DNA of 64,000 nucleotides from NCBI GenBank assembly GCA_038231435.1, contig JBBRLJ010000008.1, positions 32,001 to 96,000 of the forward strand. The letters are read 5' to 3'. The notes below the pieces were generated by a model. That model did not search any database. It had not been told where the DNA came from and was given only the letters and a program-made list of their open reading frames with translations. Source of the stretch: Planctomycetota bacterium. GTDB taxonomy: Bacteria; Planctomycetota; UBA11346. Shown piece after piece: positions 29,838 through 39,760 of the stretch (the first letter of the stretch is position 1; every line of letters starts with the position of its first letter). Position numbers and translations under genes: made by a program.

Positions 29838-30251
29838 GCGATCGACCGTCTCAGCACCACTTTTGCCGCGCTCGCCGACCCGACGCGGCGCGCCATCCTC
29901 GCGCGCCTGTGCGTCGGAGAATCCTCGGTCACCGAGTTGGCGAAACCGTTCGCGATGAGCCTGCCGGCGATCTCCAAGCATCTCAAGGTGCTCGAGCGCG
30001 CCGACCTGATCGCGCGCGGTCGCGACGCGCAATGGCGACCGTGCAGGCTCGAGGCGAAACCGCTGCGCGAGGCTTCGGACTGGATCGAGCACTACCGCCG
30101 CTTCTGGGAGGAGAGCCTCGACCGCCTCGAGGATTACCTGCGCGAGCTGCAGGCGCGGCCGCACCACCAGCACCCCCCGACCACGTCGGTGCCCGATCAG
30201 CCACCACCATCCCCCGGGACGATCGGGGCGATCGATCCGGATACCAACTGA
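29835..30251 (+). CDS. ArsR/SmtB family regulator (SRPBCC-associated type)
   Basis: FAALADPTRRAIL, SLPAISKHLKVLE, WEESLDRLEDYL. Confidence 0.93.
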   Translation: MAIDRLSTTFAALADPTRRAILARLCVGESSVTELAKPFAMSLPAISKHLKVLERADLIARGRDAQWRPCRLEAKPLREASDWIEHYRRFWEESLDRLEDYLRELQARPHHQHPPTTSVPDQPPPSPGTIGAIDPDTN

Positions 30252-30318
30252 ACCATTCGCGATGGAGCGATCCATCACATCGCTCTGCCGAATTCGCCCG
30301 GACTCGCCCGCGATCTTC

Positions 30319-30350
30319 CACACATCACACACCACACACCACACACCACA
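30319..30350 (+). repeat. Heptamer tandem repeat (CACACAC), about 4.5 copies
   Basis: CACACAT CACACAC CACACAC CACACAC CACA, intergenic, before the RBS of the next gene. Confidence 0.85.
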
Positions 30351-30369
30351 GGCCATCAAGGAATCCTCA

Positions 30370-30879
30370 ATGGTAGAAAGGTCCGCGAATCCCAAAGAGT
30401 TCGTCATCTCACGCGTGTTCGCCGCGCCGCGCCAGCTGGTGTACGATGCCTGGACGCGGAAGGAGCACCTGATGCGCTGGTTCGGCCCCAAGGGCTTCAC
30501 CATGCTCGCCGCCCACGCCGACATCCGTCCCGGTGGCAGCTTCCATTACGGCATGCGCTCGCCAGAGGGGCACGAGATGTGGGGCAAATGGGTGTTTCGC
30601 GAACTGGTCGCGCCGGAGCGGATCGTGCTCGTCAGTTCCTTCTCCGATGCCAACGGCGGCGTGGCCAGGCACCCCATGAGCCCGACCTGGCCGCGCGAAA
30701 CGCTGTCGACCACGACCCTCACCGAGCAGGCGGGCAAGACCACCCTCGTCCTGCGCTCGGCTCCGCTTGATGCGAGCGATGCGGAGCGCGCGACGTTCGA
30801 TGGCGCGTTCGACGGCATGGACAAGGGCTGGGGCGGCACCATGGACCAGTTCGCCGCCTATCTTGCGACCCTCACATGA
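30370..30879 (+). CDS. SRPBCC/AHSA1 domain protein
   Basis: ISRVFAAPRQLVYDAWT..EHLMRWFGP, DIRPGG, GWGGTMDQF; AAGGA RBS. Confidence 0.9.
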   Translation: MVERSANPKEFVISRVFAAPRQLVYDAWTRKEHLMRWFGPKGFTMLAAHADIRPGGSFHYGMRSPEGHEMWGKWVFRELVAPERIVLVSSFSDANGGVARHPMSPTWPRETLSTTTLTEQAGKTTLVLRSAPLDASDAERATFDGAFDGMDKGWGGTMDQFAAYLATLT

Positions 30880-31322
30880 CCCCCGGAGTGACCATGACCA
30901 GCGACGACGCTTCCAAATCCCCCACCCGGTTCCTGCCCGCGATCGGCCGGGTGCTGATGGGATTGGCCTTCACGTTCTTCGGCTCGAACGGGCTGTTCCA
31001 CTACCTGCCCGATCCGAAGATGGAATTGCCCGATAAGGCCATGTCGTTCATCATGGCCCTGGTGAACAGCGGTTACATGATGCCGATGATCTGCGGTACC
31101 CAGCTGATCGTCGGCCTGATGCTGCTGACCAATCGCTTTGTGCCGCTGGCGCTCGCCCTGATCGCGCCCTTCATCGTCAACAGCGTGGCCTTCCACCTGT
31201 TCCTCGAACCGGGCGGCCGCGTCATGTCGCTGATCGTCCTGGCCTTCGAGCTCGCGCTCGCCTGGGCGTATCGCGGGTCGTTCAAGCCGATGCTCGCGAT
31301 GAAGGCCAAGCCGGGGCCGTGA
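30876..31322 (+). CDS. DoxX family membrane protein
   Basis: RVLMGLAFTFFGSNG, ALVNSGY, NRFVPLAL, FHLFLEP. Confidence 0.85.
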   Translation: MTPGVTMTSDDASKSPTRFLPAIGRVLMGLAFTFFGSNGLFHYLPDPKMELPDKAMSFIMALVNSGYMMPMICGTQLIVGLMLLTNRFVPLALALIAPFIVNSVAFHLFLEPGGRVMSLIVLAFELALAWAYRGSFKPMLAMKAKPGP

Positions 31323-31400
31323 CCGGCGGATTGTCCGGGTTTGACGCCTCCGCTTCCCTCTCACCGATGGCGGCTACACCCATTCCCCAGGGGTCCGACC

Positions 31401-33827
31401 ATGCGGGTGCTTCTCGATCGACCGCCATTCCATGGGCCGGCCAAGAACCGCTGGGAGCGCGGCTGGTGGCCGGCGCTGTGGCTCGAGCCAGAGACCCCGC
31501 CGGTCCTGGGTCCGCAGGTATGGGCGTGGCGCCGGCGCTTCACGCTCGATGCGGCCACGCGGATCAGACTGCACGTCAGCGCCGACGAGCGTTACGAACT
31601 GTATCTCGATGGTGAGCGCATCGGCTGTGGCCCCGAGCGCGGCGATCGCCAGGTGTGGTATTTCGAATCCCACGATCTCGACCTCGTAGCCGGCGAGCAC
31701 CTGCTGACCGCTCGCACCTGGTGGTTGGGGCCGGACGCGCCCGCGCCCTATGCGCAGGTGTCGCTGCGCCCGGCCTTCCTGCTCGCTGCCGAGAACGTCG
31801 ATAAAGCGCTGCTGAATACCGGCCACGCGCCGTGGGAAGCGCAGCGCATCGATGGCTACTCGCTGATCCCGCCAGGGATGACCTGGGCGACCGGCGTGAA
31901 GGTCGAGATCGATGGCTCGCGTTATCCGTGGGGCTGGGAGCTCGGCGGCGGCGGCGGCTGGACGCAGCCCAAACCCATCTGCACCGCCGGCAACGAGAGC
32001 GAGTCGGTAGACCACGATCTGCGCTGGTGGCTGCGCCCCGCCGAACTGCCAGCGATGCGCAACGAACGCTGGAGCGGTGGACGCGTCCGCCACCTCGAGC
32101 CGATCGCCTCGCTCGATACCGGCGATCTGCGCGTCGAGTCCAGCCGGCACGTGCCGGTCGAGGCGGTCGCGTGGGAGGCGCTGCTGGCGGGCCGCGCCGA
32201 CGTGGTCATCCCGCCGCGCACGCGCAGGCGCGCGATCATCGATCTCGACGGCTACGCGTGCGCCTATCCGACGCTGGTCGTCAGCGGCGGCGCCGGCTCC
32301 GAGGTGCGCGTGAACTGGGCGGAATCGCTGTTCGAGGCGCCGCGCCAGGAGCACGGGGCGAAGGGCCAGCGCGACCAGATCGAGGGCAAATGGTATTGGG
32401 GCACGGGCAACCGCTTCCATCCCGACGGCGGCGCCCGCCGTCTCTTCGAGGGCTTGTGGTGGCAGTCGGGCCGTTTCATCGAAGTGCTGATCGAGACCGG
32501 CGACGCGCAGCTCACCGTGCATGAATTGACGCTGCGCGAGACCGGCTATCCGCTCGCGCGCGCCTCATCCTTCGTTTGCGCCGATCCGCGCCATGGCGCG
32601 CTCGATCCCTTGTTGTGGCGGACCATGACCGCATGCAGCCACGAGACCTTCGTCGATTGCCCATACTACGAACAGCTGCAGTACGTCGCGGACTGCCGCG
32701 TGGAGGCCCTGATCACCTACGCCACCGCCAACGATCCGACGCTGGCCCGCAAGGCGATCGCCACCTTCGACCGCAGCCGCATGCACAGTGGCCTGATCGA
32801 GTCCCGGGCTCCGCACTCGAAGCGTCAGATCCTCAGCACCTTCAGCCTGTGGTGGGTGGGGATGGTCCATGATTACGCGATGTGGGTGGACGACCTCGGT
32901 TTCGTGCGCGAGCGCATGCGCACGTTGCGCGGGATCCTCGATCATTTCCTGGCGCACGTGGACGCTCGCGGACTGCTGATCGCGCCGCTCGGCTGGTCGT
33001 TCATCGACTGGTGTCCTGAATGGCTCGATGCCGTGCCGCCTGACGGCGAACAGGGCGAGTGCAGCGGCGTGCTATGCTGGCTGCTGGTGTGGTCGCTGCG
33101 CCAAGCCGCCGATCTCGAGAACGTCCTCGGAGAACCCGAGTTGTCTCAGCGTTGGCAGCGGCGTGCATCCGAACTGGCCGCCGCCACCGATGCGGCGTTC
33201 TGGGACGAAGGCCGCGGTCTCTACGCGGACACGCTGCGCCATGGGGAATTCAGCGAGCACGCGCAAGTATTGGCGCTGCTTTCGGGCGCGGCGCCGGCGG
33301 CGCGGCGCGCGCGCATGATCTCAGGCCTGGCGGGCGTCAGAAGTGATGGCGGCGCGAGCCTGACGCGCGCAACCTGGTACTTCACCCATTATCTCGGTGA
33401 GGCACTGGCGATGTCGGGACGCGTCGACGTGCTGCTCGCGCGGCTCGAGGCCTGGTTCGGGTTGCCGGCGCAGGGTTTCTTGACCATCCCCGAGCGACCA
33501 GAACCGAGTCGCTCGGATTGCCACGCCTGGTCGGCGCACCCGCTCTACCACCAGTTGGCGAGCATCCTCGGCGTGCGGCCATCATCGCCGGGGTTCGCCA
33601 CGGTACGCATTCGGCCGCAGCTTGGCGGCCTCGCGAAGGCCTCGGGCCGCATTCCGCATCGATTGGGCGAGATTGTAGTGGATGTCGCCCGCGACGACTC
33701 CGGAAAACCAGGTGGCATGCGCGGAGAGGTCGTGCTTCCCGCGGGCCTGAGCGGCACGCTGGAACTCGGTGACGAGGTGATCACGCTCGAATCCGGTAGA
33801 ACGCCGTTCAGTTCGCTCGGCACGTGA
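31401..33827 (+). CDS. Alpha-L-rhamnosidase-like GH78 glycoside hydrolase
   Basis: HVSADERY, ETFVDCPYYEQLQYVAD, RSDCHAWSAHP; no signal peptide. Confidence 0.88.
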   Translation: MRVLLDRPPFHGPAKNRWERGWWPALWLEPETPPVLGPQVWAWRRRFTLDAATRIRLHVSADERYELYLDGERIGCGPERGDRQVWYFESHDLDLVAGEHLLTARTWWLGPDAPAPYAQVSLRPAFLLAAENVDKALLNTGHAPWEAQRIDGYSLIPPGMTWATGVKVEIDGSRYPWGWELGGGGGWTQPKPICTAGNESESVDHDLRWWLRPAELPAMRNERWSGGRVRHLEPIASLDTGDLRVESSRHVPVEAVAWEALLAGRADVVIPPRTRRRAIIDLDGYACAYPTLVVSGGAGSEVRVNWAESLFEAPRQEHGAKGQRDQIEGKWYWGTGNRFHPDGGARRLFEGLWWQSGRFIEVLIETGDAQLTVHELTLRETGYPLARASSFVCADPRHGALDPLLWRTMTACSHETFVDCPYYEQLQYVADCRVEALITYATANDPTLARKAIATFDRSRMHSGLIESRAPHSKRQILSTFSLWWVGMVHDYAMWVDDLGFVRERMRTLRGILDHFLAHVDARGLLIAPLGWSFIDWCPEWLDAVPPDGEQGECSGVLCWLLVWSLRQAADLENVLGEPELSQRWQRRASELAAATDAAFWDEGRGLYADTLRHGEFSEHAQVLALLSGAAPAARRARMISGLAGVRSDGGASLTRATWYFTHYLGEALAMSGRVDVLLARLEAWFGLPAQGFLTIPERPEPSRSDCHAWSAHPLYHQLASILGVRPSSPGFATVRIRPQLGGLAKASGRIPHRLGEIVVDVARDDSGKPGGMRGEVVLPAGLSGTLELGDEVITLESGRTPFSSLGT

Positions 33828-33934
33828 ACTCGCATCACGAATTCCTCTCGCTCGGCACGTAAGCCGAACTCGAGAATCCATTCCGGGAATCCCTAGAGAG
33901 AGAAAAGACAGCGCTCCGTCGAGTAGAATCCACA

Positions 33935-33974
33935 AGTCCTGCACCCTGGGGGCGATGCCCCAGGGTGCAGGACT
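33935..33974. terminator. Perfect 17-bp stem hairpin between convergent genes (bidirectional terminator or REP-like)
   Basis: AGTCCTGCACCCTGGGG-gcgatg-CCCCAGGGTGCAGGACT; no long U tract. Confidence 0.65.
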
Positions 33975-34015
33975 GTACGGCTCGAAGCCGAGGCGATCGT
34001 AGTCTTCGAACGCGA

Positions 34016-34156
34016 TCAGTGCGCGCGGCCGAAGAGGAACAGCAGGCCGATCACCGCCAAGGCGATGATGGCGATGCCCACCAAGGAGTACCCCCCGACG
34101 GCGCCGGCGCGGACGGCATTGGTTGAGCGCACGATCATCGTATTGAGCTTATCCAT
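34016..34156 (-). CDS. Small 46-aa single-TM membrane protein
   Basis: MDKLNTMIVRSTNAVRAGAVGGYSLVGIAIIALAVIGLLFLFGRAH; AGGAGA RBS 7 nt before the ATG; hairpin downstream. Confidence 0.65.
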   Translation of the reverse strand: MDKLNTMIVRSTNAVRAGAVGGYSLVGIAIIALAVIGLLFLFGRAH

Positions 34157-34464
34157 GACCAATTCTCCTGTGATGTCCGGGTGATCTCCGGTGGAAACCC
34201 GGCAGTTCGTGACCGGCATGAGCGTTGATTGTACCCGATGGCCATCTGCCCCATCGCAAAAACCTCGGAAGACTCGACCCTTTACGACGGGCGCTAAGAG
34301 CACCTAGTCCGGATATTCATCCGAGTCCTGGACCCACAGGAAATCGAGATGGATGATCATGGCGGAGCTGACTCTGCATTGTACGAGCATCCCTGTTCGC
34401 ACGCAGCAAGCGATGGCGGGAATCCTCGACAACAGAGGGAGGAGGACGGCGCCGACGGAAGGTG

Positions 34465-36945
34465 CTAGGCGATCGCGTTGGCACCAGGATGGAGCACGGT
34501 TCGCTGCGTCCCGACGATCAGGGTGCCGCTGACCCCGACAGGCAGCCCGATGGCGCCGCGCAGGCGGTCGCCATCGCGCGCGAGCGACACCGTGATCGCG
34601 CCCAAGGGATGGGGCACGGTGCCCGCGACCCGAGCCAACGGTCCGAGCTGCGGCTCGACATCGACGCGCGCGAACGCGAACGCCGCTGGCCTCACCCCGA
34701 GGATCGTGGCCTGCCAGTGGAACAAGGGATGGGCGCTCCAGGCATGGCAATCCGAACGCGTCGAACCGAAGTGCTCGGGGAAGGTCGTCAGGCCCTCCGC
34801 CACCGCCTCGTGCCACGGCGCGAGCCGCGCGAACAGCGCATCGACTCGTCGGGCCAGCCGGCAGGCCTCGAAGAGGTAATGGCTGAAGTAGGCTCCGGCT
34901 CGCGCTAGCGAAGGATCGGCGAACAACGTCGCCGAGGCGCGCGCCGCCAACGCGGCCGGAAGCGCCTCGGAGATCAACGCCAGGCACTGGCCGTGCTCAG
35001 AGAACGCCGCGTGCCCGATATCGTCCGCGAACGCTCCCCGGCGCTCGTCCCAGAACACCTGGATCAGCGCCGCGACGACCTCGTCGCGCAGCCGCGCGAC
35101 CCGGGCCGCGAGCTCGGCCTCGCCCAGCCAGCCCTCGAGAGCCGCGGCTTGGCCGAGCGCGATCGCCAATTGCCAGTTCAGGATGCCGCTCACGCCACCT
35201 GGCTCGCCGCCCGCGGGGACTCCGCCGGGAAAGGCGCCGTCGACGTAGTTCCAGCCGCGCAGGCTGCGCGCCAGGCCGTCGGCGTCGCGGCTGGCGAGGA
35301 AGCGATCGATGACTGAGCGCACGCCCGGCATGAGCGCGGCTACCGCGTCGCGGCCGCCACGCCACATCGCGACATCGTGCACCATCGCCACGTGCCAGAG
35401 AGCGAAGGGCGGGATGATCTGACCGGCGCTGCCGGGATGCGAGGCGGTGACCAGGCCGGTCGGATTCGCGCGCGATGAATCCAGCAGGGTGAGCGCCTTG
35501 CGCGCCAGGCGGTCATCACGGGTGAGCGCGTACCCAGCCAGCGCCTGGATGCGCGTGTCGCCCACGTACATCAGCTGCTCGTAATACGGGCAGTCCATGT
35601 AGGTCTCGTGGGCGCACATCCGCAGGGTGCGCAGCGCCACGCCCATGATGCGGTCGAGGGCAGTGTCGCCGGTCGCCGGAGGCGCCGCATCGATGGGATG
35701 GCCGGTATCGCGGAAGGAGAGCTCAGCGATGGTCAGCGCCGTCGCTGCGGTGGTGATCTCGATCTGCACGTAGCGCCCGGCGCGCCACCATGGCGGCTCG
35801 AATCCGCGCTCGTGGCCGTCGGCGGTGAAGCGGTCACCGAATCCGATAAAGCACCTGCTAGCGATGACATCGCGATGGCCTTTCGCCCTCCCGCCCGGTG
35901 AGTCGGCGAACAGCGCCTCGGCCCAGCGCACGCGGATCTCGGCTCCGGCGCCGCCCGAGACGCGCAAGCGCGGATACGCGCAGCGGTAGACCCCGAGATC
36001 GATGAGCACGCGCCGACTCGCGCCACCAGGGACCGACAGCGGGACCGCTGCGCCGATTCCGTCGCCGAAGAGCGCGCTCCACGCCGCGCGTTCGGCTGGC
36101 AGGTCGGATGACGGCTCGATCGGTTCGCCGGGTGGCGTGGTCGATACATGGCGGACAGCGGGTGCGTTCGTGGGCGCGCTGGTCGACATCGCCGCGAGTG
36201 TTCCTGGCAGCATGAGCCGCACCGGCGTCATCGCGGAGAGATGGAAGCCGTTGGTGCCGGCGGCCCGGCGTTCGACGCCCGTCCAGCCGTCACCTTCGCC
36301 GGATTCATGGCCCCAGGCGTAGGCGGCCGCGTCGATGTCGAACGCGGCGCCGCCACCGAACGACGTGCCCAACTCGTCGCCACCGCCACGGAACGCGATG
36401 CCCGGCAGGCGTTTCGCCTCCCAGGCAGCCACGCCGGTGCCCAGCAGCGCGATGTGCGTCTCGTCGTCCGGCGCGCAGATGAAGCCGTGCTCGACCGAGA
36501 TCTGCGCCCAGGGCGCAAGGCGGCCGACCGACCACACGCGCGCCACCAGCGTGTGCCGCCCAACGGGCAGGTCGAGTCCGTAGGTCTCGTAGTACCAATG
36601 CGCGCGGTCTCCACGCTCGCTGCCCTCGCCGATGCGCTCGCCATCGAGGAACAGTTCGTAACGCTCGTCGGCGCTGACGTGGCAGCGGATCACGGTTGCC
36701 GCTTCGAGCGTGAAGATGCGACGGTATGCCGCGGCGAATGGCGGCTGGCCGGCCGATTGATGCGTGCGCACCCATGCGCACGGCCACTGGTCGAGCGCGG
36801 TCCACGGCTGCGCCGGGTCATACTCCGGTCTGCCGGGATAGGGGGGAGCGGTGACCAGGATCCGCGTGGCGGGCATGCCGGATGGTCGACGCTCGCCTGG
36901 CGCGTCCAGGGGGGAATTCGTCCGCGTGTCGACCGCTGAGGTCAC
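34465..36945 (-). CDS. Alpha-L-rhamnosidase-like GH78 glycoside hydrolase (paralogue; alternative start 36876)
   Basis: HVSADERY, ETYMDCPYYEQLMYVGD, RSDCHAWSAHP. Confidence 0.88.
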   Translation of the reverse strand: MTSAVDTRTNSPLDAPGERRPSGMPATRILVTAPPYPGRPEYDPAQPWTALDQWPCAWVRTHQSAGQPPFAAAYRRIFTLEAATVIRCHVSADERYELFLDGERIGEGSERGDRAHWYYETYGLDLPVGRHTLVARVWSVGRLAPWAQISVEHGFICAPDDETHIALLGTGVAAWEAKRLPGIAFRGGGDELGTSFGGGAAFDIDAAAYAWGHESGEGDGWTGVERRAAGTNGFHLSAMTPVRLMLPGTLAAMSTSAPTNAPAVRHVSTTPPGEPIEPSSDLPAERAAWSALFGDGIGAAVPLSVPGGASRRVLIDLGVYRCAYPRLRVSGGAGAEIRVRWAEALFADSPGGRAKGHRDVIASRCFIGFGDRFTADGHERGFEPPWWRAGRYVQIEITTAATALTIAELSFRDTGHPIDAAPPATGDTALDRIMGVALRTLRMCAHETYMDCPYYEQLMYVGDTRIQALAGYALTRDDRLARKALTLLDSSRANPTGLVTASHPGSAGQIIPPFALWHVAMVHDVAMWRGGRDAVAALMPGVRSVIDRFLASRDADGLARSLRGWNYVDGAFPGGVPAGGEPGGVSGILNWQLAIALGQAAALEGWLGEAELAARVARLRDEVVAALIQVFWDERRGAFADDIGHAAFSEHGQCLALISEALPAALAARASATLFADPSLARAGAYFSHYLFEACRLARRVDALFARLAPWHEAVAEGLTTFPEHFGSTRSDCHAWSAHPLFHWQATILGVRPAAFAFARVDVEPQLGPLARVAGTVPHPLGAITVSLARDGDRLRGAIGLPVGVSGTLIVGTQRTVLHPGANAIA

Positions 36946-38679
36946 CTACTGGGCGGCGTAGAGCACGTAGCCGATGAACATCTCATCCCAGCTCTGCTCG
37001 CCCCAATGCACGCTCTTCTTCGGATCGGGATTCGACTCCTTGCCCGGCGAGTTGTCGAAGGCGCCATCGACCACGATGGTGGTGCCCGCGGGCAGCTGCC
37101 GCGGCTGCGCGAAGCGGTAGAACATCTGCCAGTTCATGTCGTACGCCGGCACCGACAGCAGCTGCTCGCGCTTGCCGTCGGGATAGCGCGCTTCGTAGGT
37201 CATCCACGAACCGCGCAAGTGCATATGTGGAGCCAGGCCGTAGAGCGTCACGGCCGATCGCGCAGTCCACGTCGCCTGGACCGGGACCTCGGCGATGCCG
37301 GGTGGGATCTGGAACTCCATCGCGCGCGCGCTCACCACCTTGGCCTCGCGCGCCGGCTTTGCCGGCAGGAAGTAGAGACCCAGGCGCGGATGGTCGGTGG
37401 TGGCCTTGCCGTAGGTGGTGTAGTGCAGCTGGAAGGAGATGCGCGCCCCCTTGGGCAGGAACCTTCCGGTATTATTGGGCAGCACGCACGGTGGCATGCC
37501 GGGCGCGTAGTTGGCCAGGAAATCGTCGAGCCCGCTCAGCTTGTTCGCGTCCGGTGCTTCGCCAGGGGCGAGCACGAAGGCGATGGCGTGGTGCATGGCT
37601 CGGCGATCGCTCGGATGAATGTCGACCGCGCGCACCCAGGCGTCCTTCGGCAGGTTGGTCGCGACCTCGAAGCGGCGATATGGCTGCACGCCGTTGGCTG
37701 GCACCTCCTGCGCCGGACATTCGACGATCAGATCCGGCTTGCCCAGTGGCCATTCCTGCGGCGCCGGCAGCGGCTTCGCCAGGGGATCCTTCGCCGCGCC
37801 AGACTTGCTGTCGAGAGCCGCGCCGGCCTCGATCCAACGCACCAGCGCTCGGGCTTCGTCGGGTTGGAGCGGGGTCTGATTCTCGAACACGCCCGGCATC
37901 GCGTCGATGCCCCACGGCGGCATGCGCCGGGTGCGGATGGTCTCGCGCATCATCGCCGCATGGTCCACGATCCGTTTGCCCGAATCCATCGCCCACGGCG
38001 CCACCCCTCCGGCGCGATGGCACGAGACGCAGCGCGTCTCGAGGATCGGCGCGATGTCCTTGGCGTAGTCGTAGACGCGATCGGGCTCGACGCGGGTGAG
38101 CTTGCAGCCCTTGCTCGCGGGAGCATCCGTCGCGGGCGCCGTGCCGGCGATGACCGCGTCGATGGCGTCCTCGAGATAGCGGTGAATCGCTTCCGCCTTC
38201 TGCGCGCCGTAGCCGAGGCGATCGTCCACCGGTCCGCGCCAGCGCACCTGCCAGGTCCGGGTCTCGATCACCAGCGCCTCTCCGGTGCGGTCGAAAGCCA
38301 GGCTCGGCCCGATGATCTGCGCGGGATCGAGCAGGATCGGCAAGGTCGTCCCAAGTTCCTTGGCCTCGGCCGCGACGCGCGCGCGGTCGTCGCCGGCGGT
38401 CGAGTCGAGCAGCCACACGCGTGCCTTGGCATTGTGGTCCTTCGCGAGGCGGTCGAGGCTCGCCACGTCCTGGCGCGCGATCGGGCAGCCGAGCTGATAC
38501 GAGTAGAGCACGACGACCGGCACATCGGCGCAGGCATGGAGACGGTGCTGCCGACCCTGCTGGTCGAGGGCTGCGAAATCATCCAACGCGTCGGAGCCTT
38601 GGAGCGACGCGGCCAGTCCGGTCACCAGTAGTGCGGCGAGGGGCCATCGGACGCGTGCGGGAGCGGTGGAGGGCATCAT
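36946..38679 (-). CDS. Secreted redoxin + cytochrome c + Cu type II ascorbate-dependent monooxygenase-like protein
   Basis: Signal peptide; GCPIA thioredoxin-like, CVSCH heme c, MHHA, QLHY, PHMHLRG, DEMFIG. Confidence 0.82.
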   Translation of the reverse strand: MMPSTAPARVRWPLAALLVTGLAASLQGSDALDDFAALDQQGRQHRLHACADVPVVVLYSYQLGCPIARQDVASLDRLAKDHNAKARVWLLDSTAGDDRARVAAEAKELGTTLPILLDPAQIIGPSLAFDRTGEALVIETRTWQVRWRGPVDDRLGYGAQKAEAIHRYLEDAIDAVIAGTAPATDAPASKGCKLTRVEPDRVYDYAKDIAPILETRCVSCHRAGGVAPWAMDSGKRIVDHAAMMRETIRTRRMPPWGIDAMPGVFENQTPLQPDEARALVRWIEAGAALDSKSGAAKDPLAKPLPAPQEWPLGKPDLIVECPAQEVPANGVQPYRRFEVATNLPKDAWVRAVDIHPSDRRAMHHAIAFVLAPGEAPDANKLSGLDDFLANYAPGMPPCVLPNNTGRFLPKGARISFQLHYTTYGKATTDHPRLGLYFLPAKPAREAKVVSARAMEFQIPPGIAEVPVQATWTARSAVTLYGLAPHMHLRGSWMTYEARYPDGKREQLLSVPAYDMNWQMFYRFAQPRQLPAGTTIVVDGAFDNSPGKESNPDPKKSVHWGEQSWDEMFIGYVLYAAQ

Positions 38680-38840
38680 CGTATCACGTACTGGACCAGG
38701 GTGCGATGGTGGCGCAAGGAAGCTCCTAGCTGCTATCCGCGGGTTCGACGCCATCCGAATTGCTCGTACGCTCTGGCTCGCTCGCGGCCACCGCCGGCAC
38801 GGGTGCATGCCAGGGCCGAGCATCTCAAACGGAGACCACC

Positions 38841-39653
38841 ATGTCCCCAGCCCCGTCCCAGCCCGACGCGCCGCGCGGGCGCATGCCCGTGCTCTTCATC
38901 GGCCATGGGTCGCCCATGAACGCGATCGAGGACAATGAATGGTCTCGCGCCTTCCGCGCCGTCGCCGCGACCATTCCCAAGCCGCGCGCCGTGCTGGTGG
39001 TATCGGCGCACTGGTTCGTCCCGGGAACGCTCCTCACCGCGGACGAGCGCCCGGCGACGATCCACGATTTCAGCGGCTTCCCGCGCGAGCTCGCCGAGCT
39101 GCGCTATCCGGCGCCTGGCGATCCGGAGCTGGCGAATCGCGTCGTCGGCCTGATCGGCGCCGGGCGGGCGGCGCTCAGCGGCGCCTGGGGCCTCGATCAC
39201 GGTGCGTGGTCGGTGCTCAGGCATCTCTTTCCCGACGCAGCCACCCCGATCGTCCAACTGAGCATGGACGACCAGGCAGAACCGGCGGATCACCTGGCGC
39301 TCGGGCGCGCCTTGGCGCCATTGCGCGACGATGGGGTGCTGATCCTCGGCAGCGGCAACATCACCCACAATCTGCGCACGTTCATGGAGGCCTCCCGTCG
39401 TGGCGATGTCTCGACCCCCGATTGGGCGGCAGGTTTCGACGGCGATGTCGCCACGGCGCTGACCCAGCACGATGACGCCTATCTGACCTCGGCGCTCGAC
39501 AGCGAGCGCGGGCGCATCTGCCACCCGTCGCCGGACCATTACCTGCCCCTGCTCTACGCAGCCGGGGCGGCGGATCGCCGGGATCGGGTATCGTTCCCCA
39601 TCACCGGCTTCGCCGGTGGCTCGCTGTCGATGCGCGCGGTGCGCTTCGGCTGA
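38841..39653 (+). CDS. ygiD: 4,5-DOPA extradiol dioxygenase family (LigB fold)
   Basis: MPVLFIGHGSPMNA, VSAHW, TIHDF.GFP, WGLDHG, SGNITHNL, HPSPDHYLPL. Confidence 0.92.
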   Translation: MSPAPSQPDAPRGRMPVLFIGHGSPMNAIEDNEWSRAFRAVAATIPKPRAVLVVSAHWFVPGTLLTADERPATIHDFSGFPRELAELRYPAPGDPELANRVVGLIGAGRAALSGAWGLDHGAWSVLRHLFPDAATPIVQLSMDDQAEPADHLALGRALAPLRDDGVLILGSGNITHNLRTFMEASRRGDVSTPDWAAGFDGDVATALTQHDDAYLTSALDSERGRICHPSPDHYLPLLYAAGAADRRDRVSFPITGFAGGSLSMRAVRFG

Positions 39654-39736
39654 CCGGCGTGGCGGAATATCGTGGGCTGACGATCCCCGGCCGATGTCCC
39701 TCGGCCCGAGAGCTTCGGGCTTGCGCCGCGTCGGAG

Positions 39737-39760
39737 TCATATGAACATCCGTTCATATGA
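39737..39760. promoter_or_regulatory. SmtB/ArsR-type operator TCATATGAAC-N4-GTTCATATGA
   Basis: Perfect 10-bp inverted repeat overlapping ATG 39757; TGAA...TTCA core as in SmtB boxes. Confidence 0.75.

Noticed and set aside
38841..39653. YgiD (LigB fold) as the missing Memo/AmrB partner of the AmrS-like enzyme
   Set aside because: The sequence matches typical YgiD motifs and lies more than 11 kb away in a separate unit.
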